The notes under the pieces are model-generated. The model had not been told where the DNA came from, did no database searches, and worked only from the letters and a program-made list of their open reading frames with translations. A stretch of DNA of 64,000 nt, from assembly GCA_964016885.1 (NCBI GenBank), contig OZ024751.1, forward strand, positions 10,850,001 through 10,914,000, written 5' to 3'. Source of the stretch: Eledone cirrhosa (Eukaryota). The translations under genes and the position numbers were made by a program. This document shows, in pieces, positions 1 through 14,350 of this stretch (positions within the stretch are counted from its first letter, which is position 1; every line of letters begins with the position of its first letter).

Positions 1-91
1 ACACTTGCAACAATAAAACAACAGCAATGACACAAATATAATACCAGCAATGATACAACTACAATGATAAAGACAACAACAACAACAGCAG

Positions 92-284
92 TAATAATAA
101 TTGTTTCTACTTTTGGCACAAGGCCAGCAATTACCCAGTGCATTACTGGTACTTTATTTTATCGACCCCGTAAGGATGAAAGGCAAAGTTAACCTCGGCG
201 GGATTTGAACTCAGATCGTAAAGGGACGTAACTATGCTGGAAAGCATGGCGTCCGACCCTCTACCGATACTGCCAATCCACCGC
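92..284 (-). mobile_element. tRNA-derived SINE (Octopus-type family A)
   Basis: The minus strand reads A-box-like TTGGCAGTATCGGTAGAG, B-box GAGTTCAAATCCC, body GCCGAGGTTAACTTTGCCTTTCATCC..GGGGTCGATAAAATAAAGTACCAG and an (ATT)n tail. About 9 related copies are in the window. Confidence 0.85.
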
Positions 285-309
285 AGTATTGCCAATCCAA
301 CAGTAGTAA

Positions 310-535
310 TAATAATAATTGTTTCTACTATAGGCTCAAGGCCAGCAATTTGAAGGGAAGGAGAAAGTCGATTTAATCGACCCCAGTGCATTACTGGTGC
401 TTTATTTCATCGACCCCGTAAGGATGAAAGGCAAAGTTAACCTCGGCGGGATTTGAACTCAGAACGTAAATGGCCGTAACTCTACGCTGCAAAACATGGT
501 GTCCGACGCTCTACCGATTCTGCCAATCCAGCACC
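310..535 (-). mobile_element. tRNA-derived SINE (family A), tandem with the previous copy
   Basis: Same A/B boxes and body as 92-284. Confidence 0.85.
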
Positions 536-1069
536 CTAGCAGTAATAATAATAATCATGATTTCTTTATTAACCACAGAAACATTTACAAAAATACATTA
601 AGGTACAATAATGATAATTTTTTTATAGGCCACAAGGGGCTACATACAGGGGACACTACAATAGACAAGGACAGTGGGGGTTACAATGATAATAATAATA
701 ATAATTATTATTGTGATAACTACAACAACAACAACAACGGCACATACAACAACAAAAATCTCAGAAACAAAGACAACAATAATAATTCATCTTGGTGATG
801 TAAGTGGTGAAATCTTTTACTGAAGAAATTCAGAAACAAATCAAAAATGGCGGAAGAAAGAATGAAAGAAAGGAAGAAAAAAACACGAAAAAACAACAAC
901 AACATACCATCTATTAAACATATATAAAAACATGCAACATAAAACAAAAATAAAATATGACCGTGAGAAACAACAACAATAACAACTAAAATAATATAGG
1001 AATAGATAAAATATGGCACGTTTCGTTCCAGTGAGATTCCACAGAAAGAAGTGACATTTCACATTGTGT

Positions 1070-1560
1070 CTCCCTCTCCACCTCTTTCTCTCTCTAACTT
1101 CTCCTCTCTCTTTCTCTCTATAACTTCTCTCTCTTTCTCTCTCTAACTTCTCCTCTCTCTTTCTCTCTAACTTCTCCTCTCTCTCACACACTGCCTGTCT
1201 CTCTCTCACACACAGTCTTTCTCCCATAATCTCTCTTTCTCATACACACTTTTTCTCTCATAATCTCTCAACCTCTCCCCCTGTCCCCCCTCCCACACAC
1301 TGTCTTTCTCTCATACTCTCTCTCCAACACTGTCTGCCTTTCTCTCATACTCTCTCTCCCACACTATCTGTCTCTGTCCCCTCTTTCTCTCTCTAACCTC
1401 CTCTCTGTCTCAACTCTCCTTTATTTCACCACCACACTTAAACCAATCTCCCTCACGTATTCTTCTTAACATTCCCCCCTTTTCTCTCAACTTCTCTTTC
1501 CCTCTGTCTCCCCAGGTTCTGTTCTCTTTCTCCCTCTATCTATCTATCTATTCATCCATC
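1070..1560. repeat. (CT)-rich low-complexity tract
   Basis: Degenerate CTCT repeats. Confidence 0.85.
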
Positions 1561-1854
1561 TACACATACACCACGTTCACCCTTTCACCTCTCTCACACT
1601 CTTACACAACTTTGTTCCGCCAGCCTCACCCGCCTCTCTACTTCCCACGAAATACGTAGCCTACTTCGGTACGTGTTCTGCACCCAATGACATGATTCAT
1701 TTGGCAGTGAGTGAAGAGGTCAGCCACAGTGAAATATTCCACTGTGACGGATGGTTAACATCTCGTTTAACCGAATTAGTCGACACAGTTTCCATTCTCG
1801 GCTGGAGATCTTTCGCTTAACGTCGATAAAAGCAATTAGTAAAAACGTATATGT

Positions 1855-2160
1855 CAAAATTGTGAAGCCACGTGTCTTAGTGTTTAGTGTGTTCAGCTCT
1901 CGATCGTTGAGTAGTGACTTCGATTTAAAGTGGCGTGTTGTGTCTTGAGCAAGGCACTTTACTTGACTTTGCTTCAGTCGAATCAACTGGAAAAAAATGA
2001 GTTGTAACTATAATTCAAAATTCACCATTTCACGTTGAATCTCTCTGAAAACTACAATGAAGTTACGTGTCTGTGGAACGCTCAGCCAATAGCACGTTGA
2101 TTTCACGAGCATGTTCCTTCGTTTATCATATCAATTCTAAGATTCGCCATCAGAAACTTT
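1855..2160 (+). mobile_element. Degenerate SINE, second family
   Basis: Decayed tRNA-like head followed by GTGTCTTGAGCAAGGCACTTTAC..TTGCTTCAGTC..CAACTGG..AATGAGT, a central domain recognised from invertebrate SINEs. Confidence 0.6.
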
Positions 2161-2365
2161 GGAGATACAACACATATATGTTAAAAACATGGTTTTTCCC
2201 TACTTCTTTCACGGACATATGCCGGCCAAGTAGACACACATACACACGCACACAGCAAACGCATATGCATGCACACACTCAACACACATATATATCCCTG
2301 GATATATAAATATATTAATATAAGATCGGAGGCCATATTCAGTTGATTCAGGTTTATTTAAAACT

Positions 2366-2423
2366 CCGTTATACATATTTCATTGAGGACTATCAGTTAG
2401 GATAGACCGAGCTCTTCAAACGG
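2366..2423 (-). ncRNA. Degenerate type I hammerhead ribozyme
   Basis: Minus strand: ccgt-TTGAAGA-[..ctatc taact gatag..]-GAAA-tatgta-TA-acgg. Stem I is ccgt/acgg; the core has C3 changed to U. Confidence 0.5.
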
Positions 2424-2632
2424 CAAAACACATACACAGACACAGACAGACAGACAGACATACAGAGATCACAATAGTTTAGATTGCTAAAAGCGTAATA
2501 CAGGATCAACTATAACAAGAAGAAATATATTATAGATTAATTACAAGTTGGGGTGAACGTGATTAAATCAAGCCAAGTAAATAATAGACTGATGTTTATA
2601 TCTGTATATACATCCTATATTTATTTATATAT

Positions 2633-3690
2633 ATATATCATAAAACATGTCTATAGAATCACAAGATAAAATATATACTATTTCCTCTCCCAATTAGCAT
2701 TTATTTTACACCTAATTCTGTTTAGTTGACTATATCTGGGCAATTACGCTGTCGAAATATTCGATAAATATTCCGCTACGGCCGACGCGAAGCGCTAGTT
2801 TCGGTTATTTGTCGGAGATTTCTTCATAGAGGCCTCATTCTTATAGCCTGGTCTATTCGATTTTTTATATGGTTAATTATGCTAATTGGGAGATGAAATA
2901 GTATATATTTTATCTTGTGATTCTATAGACATGTTTTATGATATATAGCACTGATCGTTTAATTTATTAATTTTTCATTGAGCCACAAAGTGACCAGTTG
3001 CAAAACACGTATATGTATATGTATGTATATATATATGTAAACTTTTATATGTAATAATCTCCCATTGGGTTGAGATACAAATTTGGCTGTATTGTGCTGT
3101 GTTTTCTAGCAAAAATGCCACCAGTCGTAAGCAACTACCACACCCCTTCCAACCTGACCGAGACTACGTCACGATTTTTAGCCATTTTGAAATGAATTTC
3201 TTGGCGCGATCAATTTGGAAAATTTAGTGTCTAGATACGAGCGAGCTTCCTGATGAATCCCGCGTTCGAGTTTATATAATTATTACATAATTATTGGAAA
3301 ACTCAAAATACGGACGAAACCATGGTAGAGGTATTTAAATGTAGTTTATTTTACACCTAATTCTGTTTAGTTGACTATATCTGGGCGATTACGCTGTCGA
3401 AATATTCGATAAATATTCCGCTACAGCCGACGCGAAGCGTTAGTTTAGGTTATTTGTCAGAGATTTCTTCATAGAAGCCTCATTCTTATAGCCTGGTCTA
3501 TTCGATTTTTTATATGGTTAATTATGCTAATTGGGAGAGGAAATAGTATATATTTTATCTTGTGATTCTATTAACATGTTTTATGATATATAGCTCTGAT
3601 CGTTTAATTTATAAATTTTTCATTGAGCCACAAAGTGACCAGTTGCAAAACACGTATATGTATATGTATGTATATGTATATGTAAACTTT
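2633..3690 (+). mobile_element. Non-autonomous PLE pLTR/retrozyme-like element (~646 bp unit, ~1.5 copies, inverted 5' piece)
   Basis: 2701-3045 is repeated at 3347-3690. 2633-2700 is the reverse complement of ~2878-2947. It contains a hammerhead and is flanked by (TA)n. Confidence 0.75.
3245..3332 (+). ncRNA. Type I hammerhead ribozyme with extended stem II
   Basis: gcttc-CTGATGA-atcccg..gagttt..aaactc..cggac-GAAA-ccatgg-TA-gaggt, with palindromic stem III (ACCATGGT). Confidence 0.75.
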
Positions 3691-3712
3691 TATATATATA
3701 TATATATGTATT

Positions 3713-3769
<57 letters not shown>

Positions 3770-3770
3770 T

Positions 3771-3817
<47 letters not shown>

Positions 3818-3818
3818 T

Positions 3819-3877
<59 letters not shown>

Positions 3878-3882
3878 TTATG

Positions 3883-3917
<35 letters not shown>

Positions 3918-6536
3918 TTGCATATATATATATGTATTTATATATATGTATTTATATATATGTATTTATATATATATGTATTTGTATATATATATATATT
4001 TGTATATACATATGTATTTATATGTATATATATATATATATTTGTATATACATATGTATTTATATGTATATATATATGTATTTATATGTATATATATATG
4101 TATTTATATGTATATATATATGTATTTATATGTATATATATATGTATTTATATGTATATATATATGTATTTATATGTATATATATATGTATTTATATGTA
4201 TATATATATATGTATTTATATGTATATATATATGTATTTATATGTATATATATATGTATATGTATTTATATATATGTATATGTATTTATATATATATATA
4301 TGTATTTATATGTATATATATATGTATATGTATTTATATATATATATATGTATTTATATATATATGTATCTGTATATGTATTTATATATATATGTATCTG
4401 TATATGTATTTATATATATGTATCTGTATATGTATTTATATATATGTATCTGTATATGTATCTATATATGTATCTGTATATGTATCTATATATGTATCTG
4501 TATATGTATCTGTATATGTATCTGTATATGTATCTGTATATGTATCTGTATATGTATCTGTATATGTATCTGTATATGTATCTGTATATGTATCTATATA
4601 TGTATCTATATATGTATCTATATATATGTATCTATATATATGTATCTATATATATGTATCTATATATATGTATCTAAATATATGTATCTATTTATATATA
4701 TGTATCTATTTATATATATATCTATTTATATATATATATCTATTTATATATATATATCTATTATATATATATATTATTTATATATATATATATATGTATT
4801 TATATATATATATGTATTTATATATAGTATTATATATATATGTATTTATATATATATATGTATTATATATATATATGTATTTATATATATATATGTATTT
4901 ATATATATATATGTATTTATATATATATGTATTTATATATATATATTTATATATTATATATATATATATTTATATATTTATATATATGTATTTATATATA
5001 TATATTTATATATTTATATATATATATTTATATATTTATATATATATATTTATATATTTATATATATATATTTATATATTTATATATATGTATTTATATA
5101 TTTATATATATGTATTTATATATATTTATATATATGTATTTATATATTTATATATATGTATTTATATATATTTATATATATGTATTTATATATTTATATA
5201 TATGTATTTATATATATTTATATATATTTATATATATTTATATATATTTATTATATATATTTATATATATTTATATATATTTATATATAGTATTTATATA
5301 TATATGTATTTATATATATATATTTATATATATATATATATATGTATTTATATATATATATTATTCTAATATATATTATATATTTATAATATATANNNNN
5401 NNNNNNNNNNNNNNNNNNNNNNNNNNNNNNNNNNNNNNNNNNNNNNNNNNNNNNNNNNNNNNNNNNNNNNNNNNNNNNNNNNNNNNNNNNNNNNNNNNNN
5501 NNNNNNNNNNNNNNNNNNNNNNNNNNNNNNNNNNNNNNNNNNNNNNNNNNNNNNNNNNNNNNNNNNNNNNNNNNNNNNNNNNNNNNNNNNNNNNNTATAT
5601 ATGTATATATATATGTATATGTATATATATGTATATATATATGTATATGTATATATATATATGTATATGTATATATATATATATGTATATATATATGTAT
5701 ATGTATATGTATATGTATATATATATGTATATATATGTATATGTATATATATGTATATGTATATGTATATATATATGTATATGTATATGTATATATATGT
5801 ATATGTATATATATGTATATGTATATGTATATATATGTATATGTATATGTATATATATGTATATATATATGTATATGTATATGTATATGTATATATATGT
5901 ATATATATATGTATATGTATATGTATATGTATATATATGTATATATATATGTATATATATATGTATATATATATGTATATATATATGTATATATATATGT
6001 ATATATATATGTATATATATATGTATATGTATATGTATATGTATATATATGTATATGTATATGTATATATATGTATATATATATATATATGTATATGTAT
6101 ATGTATATATATATGTATATATATATATGTATATGTATATATATGTATATATATATATATATGTATATGTATATATATATGTATATATATATATATATGT
6201 ATATGTATATGTATATATATATGTATATATATATGTATATATATATATATATATATGTATATGTATATATATATGTATATATATATATATATATATGTAT
6301 ATGTATATATATGTATATATATATGTATATATATATGTATATATATATATATATGTATATATATATGTATATATATATATATATGTATATATATATGTAT
6401 ATGTATATGTATATATATGTATATATATATATATATATGTATATGTATATGTATATATATATATATGTATATGTATATGTATATATATATGTATATATAT
6501 ATATATATGTATATATATATGTATATGTATATGTAT

Positions 6537-6568
<32 letters not shown>

Positions 6569-6770
6569 GTATATGTATATGTATATATATATGTATATAT
6601 ATATATATATGTATATATATATGTATATGTATATATATATGTATATGTATATATATATGTATATGTATATATATGTATATATATATATATATATGTATAT
6701 GTATATGTATATATATATATATATGTATATGTATATGTATATATATATGTATATATATATATATATGTAT

Positions 6771-6816
<46 letters not shown>

Positions 6817-7089
6817 GTATATATATGTATATATATATATATATGTATATATATATGTATATGTATATATATTTTAGCAATTGGAAAAAAAAAGACCAAT
6901 GGAAACATTGTTTCCTCGGTCCGATTTGACGAAAGTCGATCGATTGGAAAAAAAAAAAAAATGTATATATATATGTATATGTATATATATATGTATATGT
7001 ATATATATATGTATATATATATGTATATATATGTATATATATATGTATATATATGTATATATATATGTATATATATATGTATATATATG

Positions 7090-7154
<65 letters not shown>

Positions 7155-7169
7155 GTATATATATATATG

Positions 7170-7218
<49 letters not shown>

Positions 7219-7379
7219 ATGTATATGTATATATATATGTATATATATATGTATATATATATGTATATATATATATATATGTATGTATATATATGTATAT
7301 ATGTATATATATATGTATATATATATGTATATATATATATATATGTATGTATATATATGTATATATATATATATGTATG

Positions 7380-7410
<31 letters not shown>

Positions 7411-7773
7411 GTATGTATATATATGTATATATATATATATATGTATGTATATATATGTATATATATATATATATGTATGTATATATATGTATATATATAT
7501 ATATATGTATGTATATATATGTATATATATATATGTATGTATATATATGTATATATATATATATATGTATATATATGTATATATATATATATGTATGTAT
7601 ATATATGTATATATATATATATATGTATATATATGTATATATATATATATATGTATATATATGTATATATATATATATATGTATATATATATGTATATAT
7701 ATGTATATATATATGTATATGTATATATATATGTATGTATATATATATATGTATGTATATATATATATGTATG

Positions 7774-7812
<39 letters not shown>

Positions 7813-7993
7813 GTATATATATGTATATATATGTATGTATATATATGTATATATATGTATATATATGTATATGTATATATATGTATATATATGTATATGT
7901 ATATATATGTATATATATGTGTATATGTATATATATGTATATATATGTATATATGTATGTATATGTATATATATATATATATGTATGTATATG

Positions 7994-8042
<49 letters not shown>

Positions 8043-8385
8043 GTATATATATATATGTATATATATATATGTATATATATGTATATATATATGTATATAT
8101 ATGTATATATATGTATATATATATATGTATATATATGTATATATATATATGTATATATATGTATATATATATGTATATATATGTATATATATATATATGT
8201 ATATATATGTATATATATATGTATATATATGTATATATATATATATGTATATATATGTATATATATATGTATATATATGTATATATATATATGTATATAT
8301 ATGTATATATATATATGTATATATATGTATATATATATGTATATATATGTATATATATATGTATATATATATATGTATATATATG

Positions 8386-8416
<31 letters not shown>

Positions 8417-8560
8417 GTATGTATATGTATATATATATGTATATATATATATGTATATATATGTATATATATATATGTATATGTATATATATATGTATAT
8501 ATATGTATATGTATATATATGTATATATATATGTATATATATGTATATATATATGTATGT
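3691..8560. repeat. Very long (TA)n-derived satellite (TATT, TATC, TATG variants)
   Basis: Direct reading; interrupted by an N gap and one ~90 bp island. Confidence 0.95.
5396..5595. other. Assembly gap (200 N)
   Basis: Run of n. Confidence 0.99.
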
Positions 8561-9910
<1,350 letters not shown>

Positions 9911-10897
9911 TATGTAGATAAATCTACCAAGAGTTTACGGTAGTGTCCAATCCGTATGAAGAACTCAATGTATTCCGGATATCATGGAAAGAAGAGATGT
10001 AATGAAAAATCACTTTCGGTGAAAGATAAACGGTATACAGAGTCAAGATAAAATATTAAACAAATAATGAATAAACAATTCCTTATATTAAACAAAAAAA
10101 GTTCATTATTTAACGATCGTTTCTAGGATATATATGTGTTAGAATTGGTATGCATATTCAACAGATCTATGTACAAAATTATACAAAATTATACAAATTA
10201 TCAAGATTAAATATACATACCAACACATATATACGCCGTCTTCAGAAATAATGAAGTATATTTATTGATAATAACAACAATTCAAAATTTCAGGTCCGTT
10301 TGGGAACAAAATTGACCAATGAAAACACAAAGGGTTAAATGCAGTTCGGTGTGTGTATATACATGCAAAACCCCCACACATATTTTACAAAAATGTATGT
10401 ATAATTTGTATACGCATACTAAAAGGATGGATGCAAATACAAAATTTCAAGGTTAATGTCTCTGTAAGTTTATAATGCACAGATAAGATGCGTATTGACA
10501 CAAGTATGAAGTTAAGTATATAAATATATTTTTTCATACTCACACATATCCGTACAATCACACATACACGCGCGTATATGCATAAATATACACATAACCA
10601 CGAACATACAAACACACACACACCCCCACTCACATTTATATATGTGGATATAAAATCATAAGCACATGGATATTAATTCACTCACATAAAACACTGGCAC
10701 ACACATTTTTAGATCAAGATACAGAAATTAGGTGGGAGGGGGGGGGAGAGGTCAGTATTCAACGGTCTGAGCAGACTGCCTAATATAGATGTATCTATAA
10801 ACTAAGAAAATAAAATAAAAAATAATAAATAAACATTAAAGAGGAAAGAATAGAAAGAAAAAAGAAAAAAGAAAAAAGAAAAAAGAAATATATCAAG

Positions 10898-10941
<44 letters not shown>

Positions 10942-11156
10942 CATACACATACATATATATATATATATATACACACACATATATATATAATATACATATA
11001 TATACACATAGACACACACACACACATACATAAATATACACACATATACAAACACATACATACATATACACACATCCACACTAAGAACATACATACACAC
11101 ACATATATAAACATATACATATACACACATACATACATATACACATATACATACAA

Positions 11157-11207
<51 letters not shown>

Positions 11208-11523
11208 CATATATATGTATATACACGTACATATACACACACATATACATATAATCACACATACTATATAGACACAGATATATATAACCACACACATACA
11301 TGCACATATACAACACTTACATACTAATATACATACAGATATACACATACATAGCTATATATACACACAAATATATACAGACTTACATATATACATACAG
11401 ACAAATACTTACGCATCTATATATCGGTATATACATACAAACACCACTACACTATCACACAACTTAGAAATACAAAGAGAAAGGTATATACCTATACACA
11501 CATACATATACAAATAGAAAAAC

Positions 11524-11554
<31 letters not shown>

Positions 11555-11620
11555 TATATATATACATATATATATATATAACATATATATATATATATAT
11601 ATATACACATACATATACAC
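9911..11620 (-). repeat. 3' pLTR of the PLE
   Basis: Matches 16945-18640 apart from microsatellite length changes and a few substitutions or indels. Confidence 0.9.
10102..10255 (-). ncRNA. Type I hammerhead ribozyme in the 3' pLTR
   Basis: Minus strand: ttcattattt-CTGAAGA-cggcgtatatatgtgtt..aacacatatatatccta-GAAA-cgatcg-TT-aaataatgaa. Stem I is 10 bp, stem III is palindromic, and the stem II insert is ~115 nt. Confidence 0.75.
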
Positions 11621-11760
11621 ATACACACACATACACATACACACACATACATACATGTACACACACATAGAAATATATACGCATACACACATACACACAT
11701 ACATATAAAGTCATACACACACATACACCTACACGAACATACACATACACATATATAAAG

Positions 11761-11791
<31 letters not shown>

Positions 11792-11853
11792 ACACATACA
11801 CTCATACACATATATATAAAAAATAAATAATAAAGATATATACATATATATAT

Positions 11854-11894
<41 letters not shown>

Positions 11895-12539
11895 CACATA
11901 AATATACATACACATACATACACACATACATAGACATACATGTACATACATACACGTACATCGATATACATACATATATATATACACACATAGACATATA
12001 CATACATACACACACAACTTACATACACACATATATATACATGTATATTCATACATAGAATTAGATATATAATCATACATACATATGCACTTACTTATAC
12101 TCATATATACAAATACATACGCATCCATATATGCGTATATACATAAAAACACCACTACAACCTCACCTAACTCAGACATACAAATAAAAATAAAAAGGCA
12201 TATGTATATACATATATACACGCATTAATAGAGATATATATATACATACATATATATATATATATATACATATATATACATATATATATATATATACACA
12301 CATACATTCATATATATATATATATAGATACCCACACACACATACCACCATAAATACACATACAAACAACCACATATACATATATATACACACGTATATA
12401 TATATATATATACACACACATAAAAAACAGACATGCACATATATATATATTTTTTTACACTTATATATACACATATTATATACACATACACAACCTCACA
12501 TATACACACATACACATAAGTTATATTATAATAATAAAA

Positions 12540-12578
<39 letters not shown>

Positions 12579-12667
12579 CATATATATAAATATAATATAT
12601 ATACATATAAACATATACATACATATATACACACATACGAATATAGACATATATTCACACATAGACA

Positions 12668-12707
<40 letters not shown>

Positions 12708-14350
12708 TACATATACACAGACACATATACACACTCACATATATATGTGTGTGCACACACACATATATACACACATACACATATATACACATAAACACAT
12801 ATATGTGCATACATGCACACACACACACATATATCACATAGACACGAAGATAGACATATAAATAGAGAGACATACATATATATACAACACACATACACAC
12901 ACATACATATACACACATATATACATATACATATATATATACATATATATATTCCTATATATACATATATACACACATATACACATATATACATATATAT
13001 ATATATACATACACATATACATACACACATTCACATACACATACATATATACATGCATATATACACATATATACATACATACACACACTCATATATACAC
13101 ACACAATCTTACATTCATATTTGCATGCGCATATATGTATTTTTATATTCAGATATAAATACCCAAACCTATATAGACACCTACCTACATATATATTCAT
13201 ACATACACGCTTACAAATACAGATGATAATAGTATGGGGGAAAGGGGGGGTTTGGAGAAGGGGATCATAGTAAATATATGTTTCAAGAAACATAGAATAT
13301 TTTCCGTATCTTGATCCAATGTATGTTTTTACATAGTTTCAGTGTTAGGAAATACAATAAACAAGAACTAAGGCAAAATCTATGCATCTCAAAATAAACA
13401 AGTATACCATTAATTATATGTTAACTAAACCAAAGATAGTTAACATATTGATTTCTAAGGTGTAAATTAGTTAGGTTTATAATATTTGAAGCAGAATTTT
13501 GAAGTTAAATAGTAGTAGAGTATTAATTATAGTATAACTAAATTAAAGTTAATAACGTTATGGTATCAATATTAGGAAATGAATTTAGTAATAGGGAAAA
13601 AACAAATAAAATAAAGTATTACATCGGTAGTAGAATATAAATTATAGGTTAACTAAATTAAAAATTATATATTTATTTCTATAGTATATGTTAATTAGGT
13701 ATATAATACATAAAGCAGATATTGTATTTTATCAATAGCATAATATCATTATATGCAAATAGAAATCAAAATTAATACAAATACATATACATATACATAC
13801 ACATACATATATACATATATATACACATATATATATATATACATATATACACATATACATACACACACACGTACACATATACATATACATATCTTTTTCA
13901 AAAAATTGTATAGAATATATTAACTAGGTATATATCCAAAACACATCCCATTCTATGATTACATGACATTCTGCAATTCGTCTGTATAAGGATACTAATT
14001 TTAAGCAAATTAAAATTAAATTTTTAGGTTGATTAAAATTAAAACCAAATTATAAATATATTTCTAAAATGTATATTAATTAGGTCTATAATACTAAAAA
14101 TTATTTCTCTGTCATTGGATACACGATATTATTTTGTTATATTTTATCTGTAAAAGAATTATAATAAAAGGTTTAAATAAATTAAAATTAATCTATAAAT
14201 TAAATTACTAAGTATATATTAGTAATATTTAAAGGTTTTTCACAATTTATGATTACATAATATTTTATATTCTCATCTGTAAAATTTTAATTAAATTAAA
14301 TTTATAGGTTAACTAACATTTAAATTAAATTAATTTCTAAAATAATGTTA

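Noticed and set aside
92-535. tRNA genes
   Set aside because: A/B boxes belong to multi-copy SINE heads with no cloverleaf.
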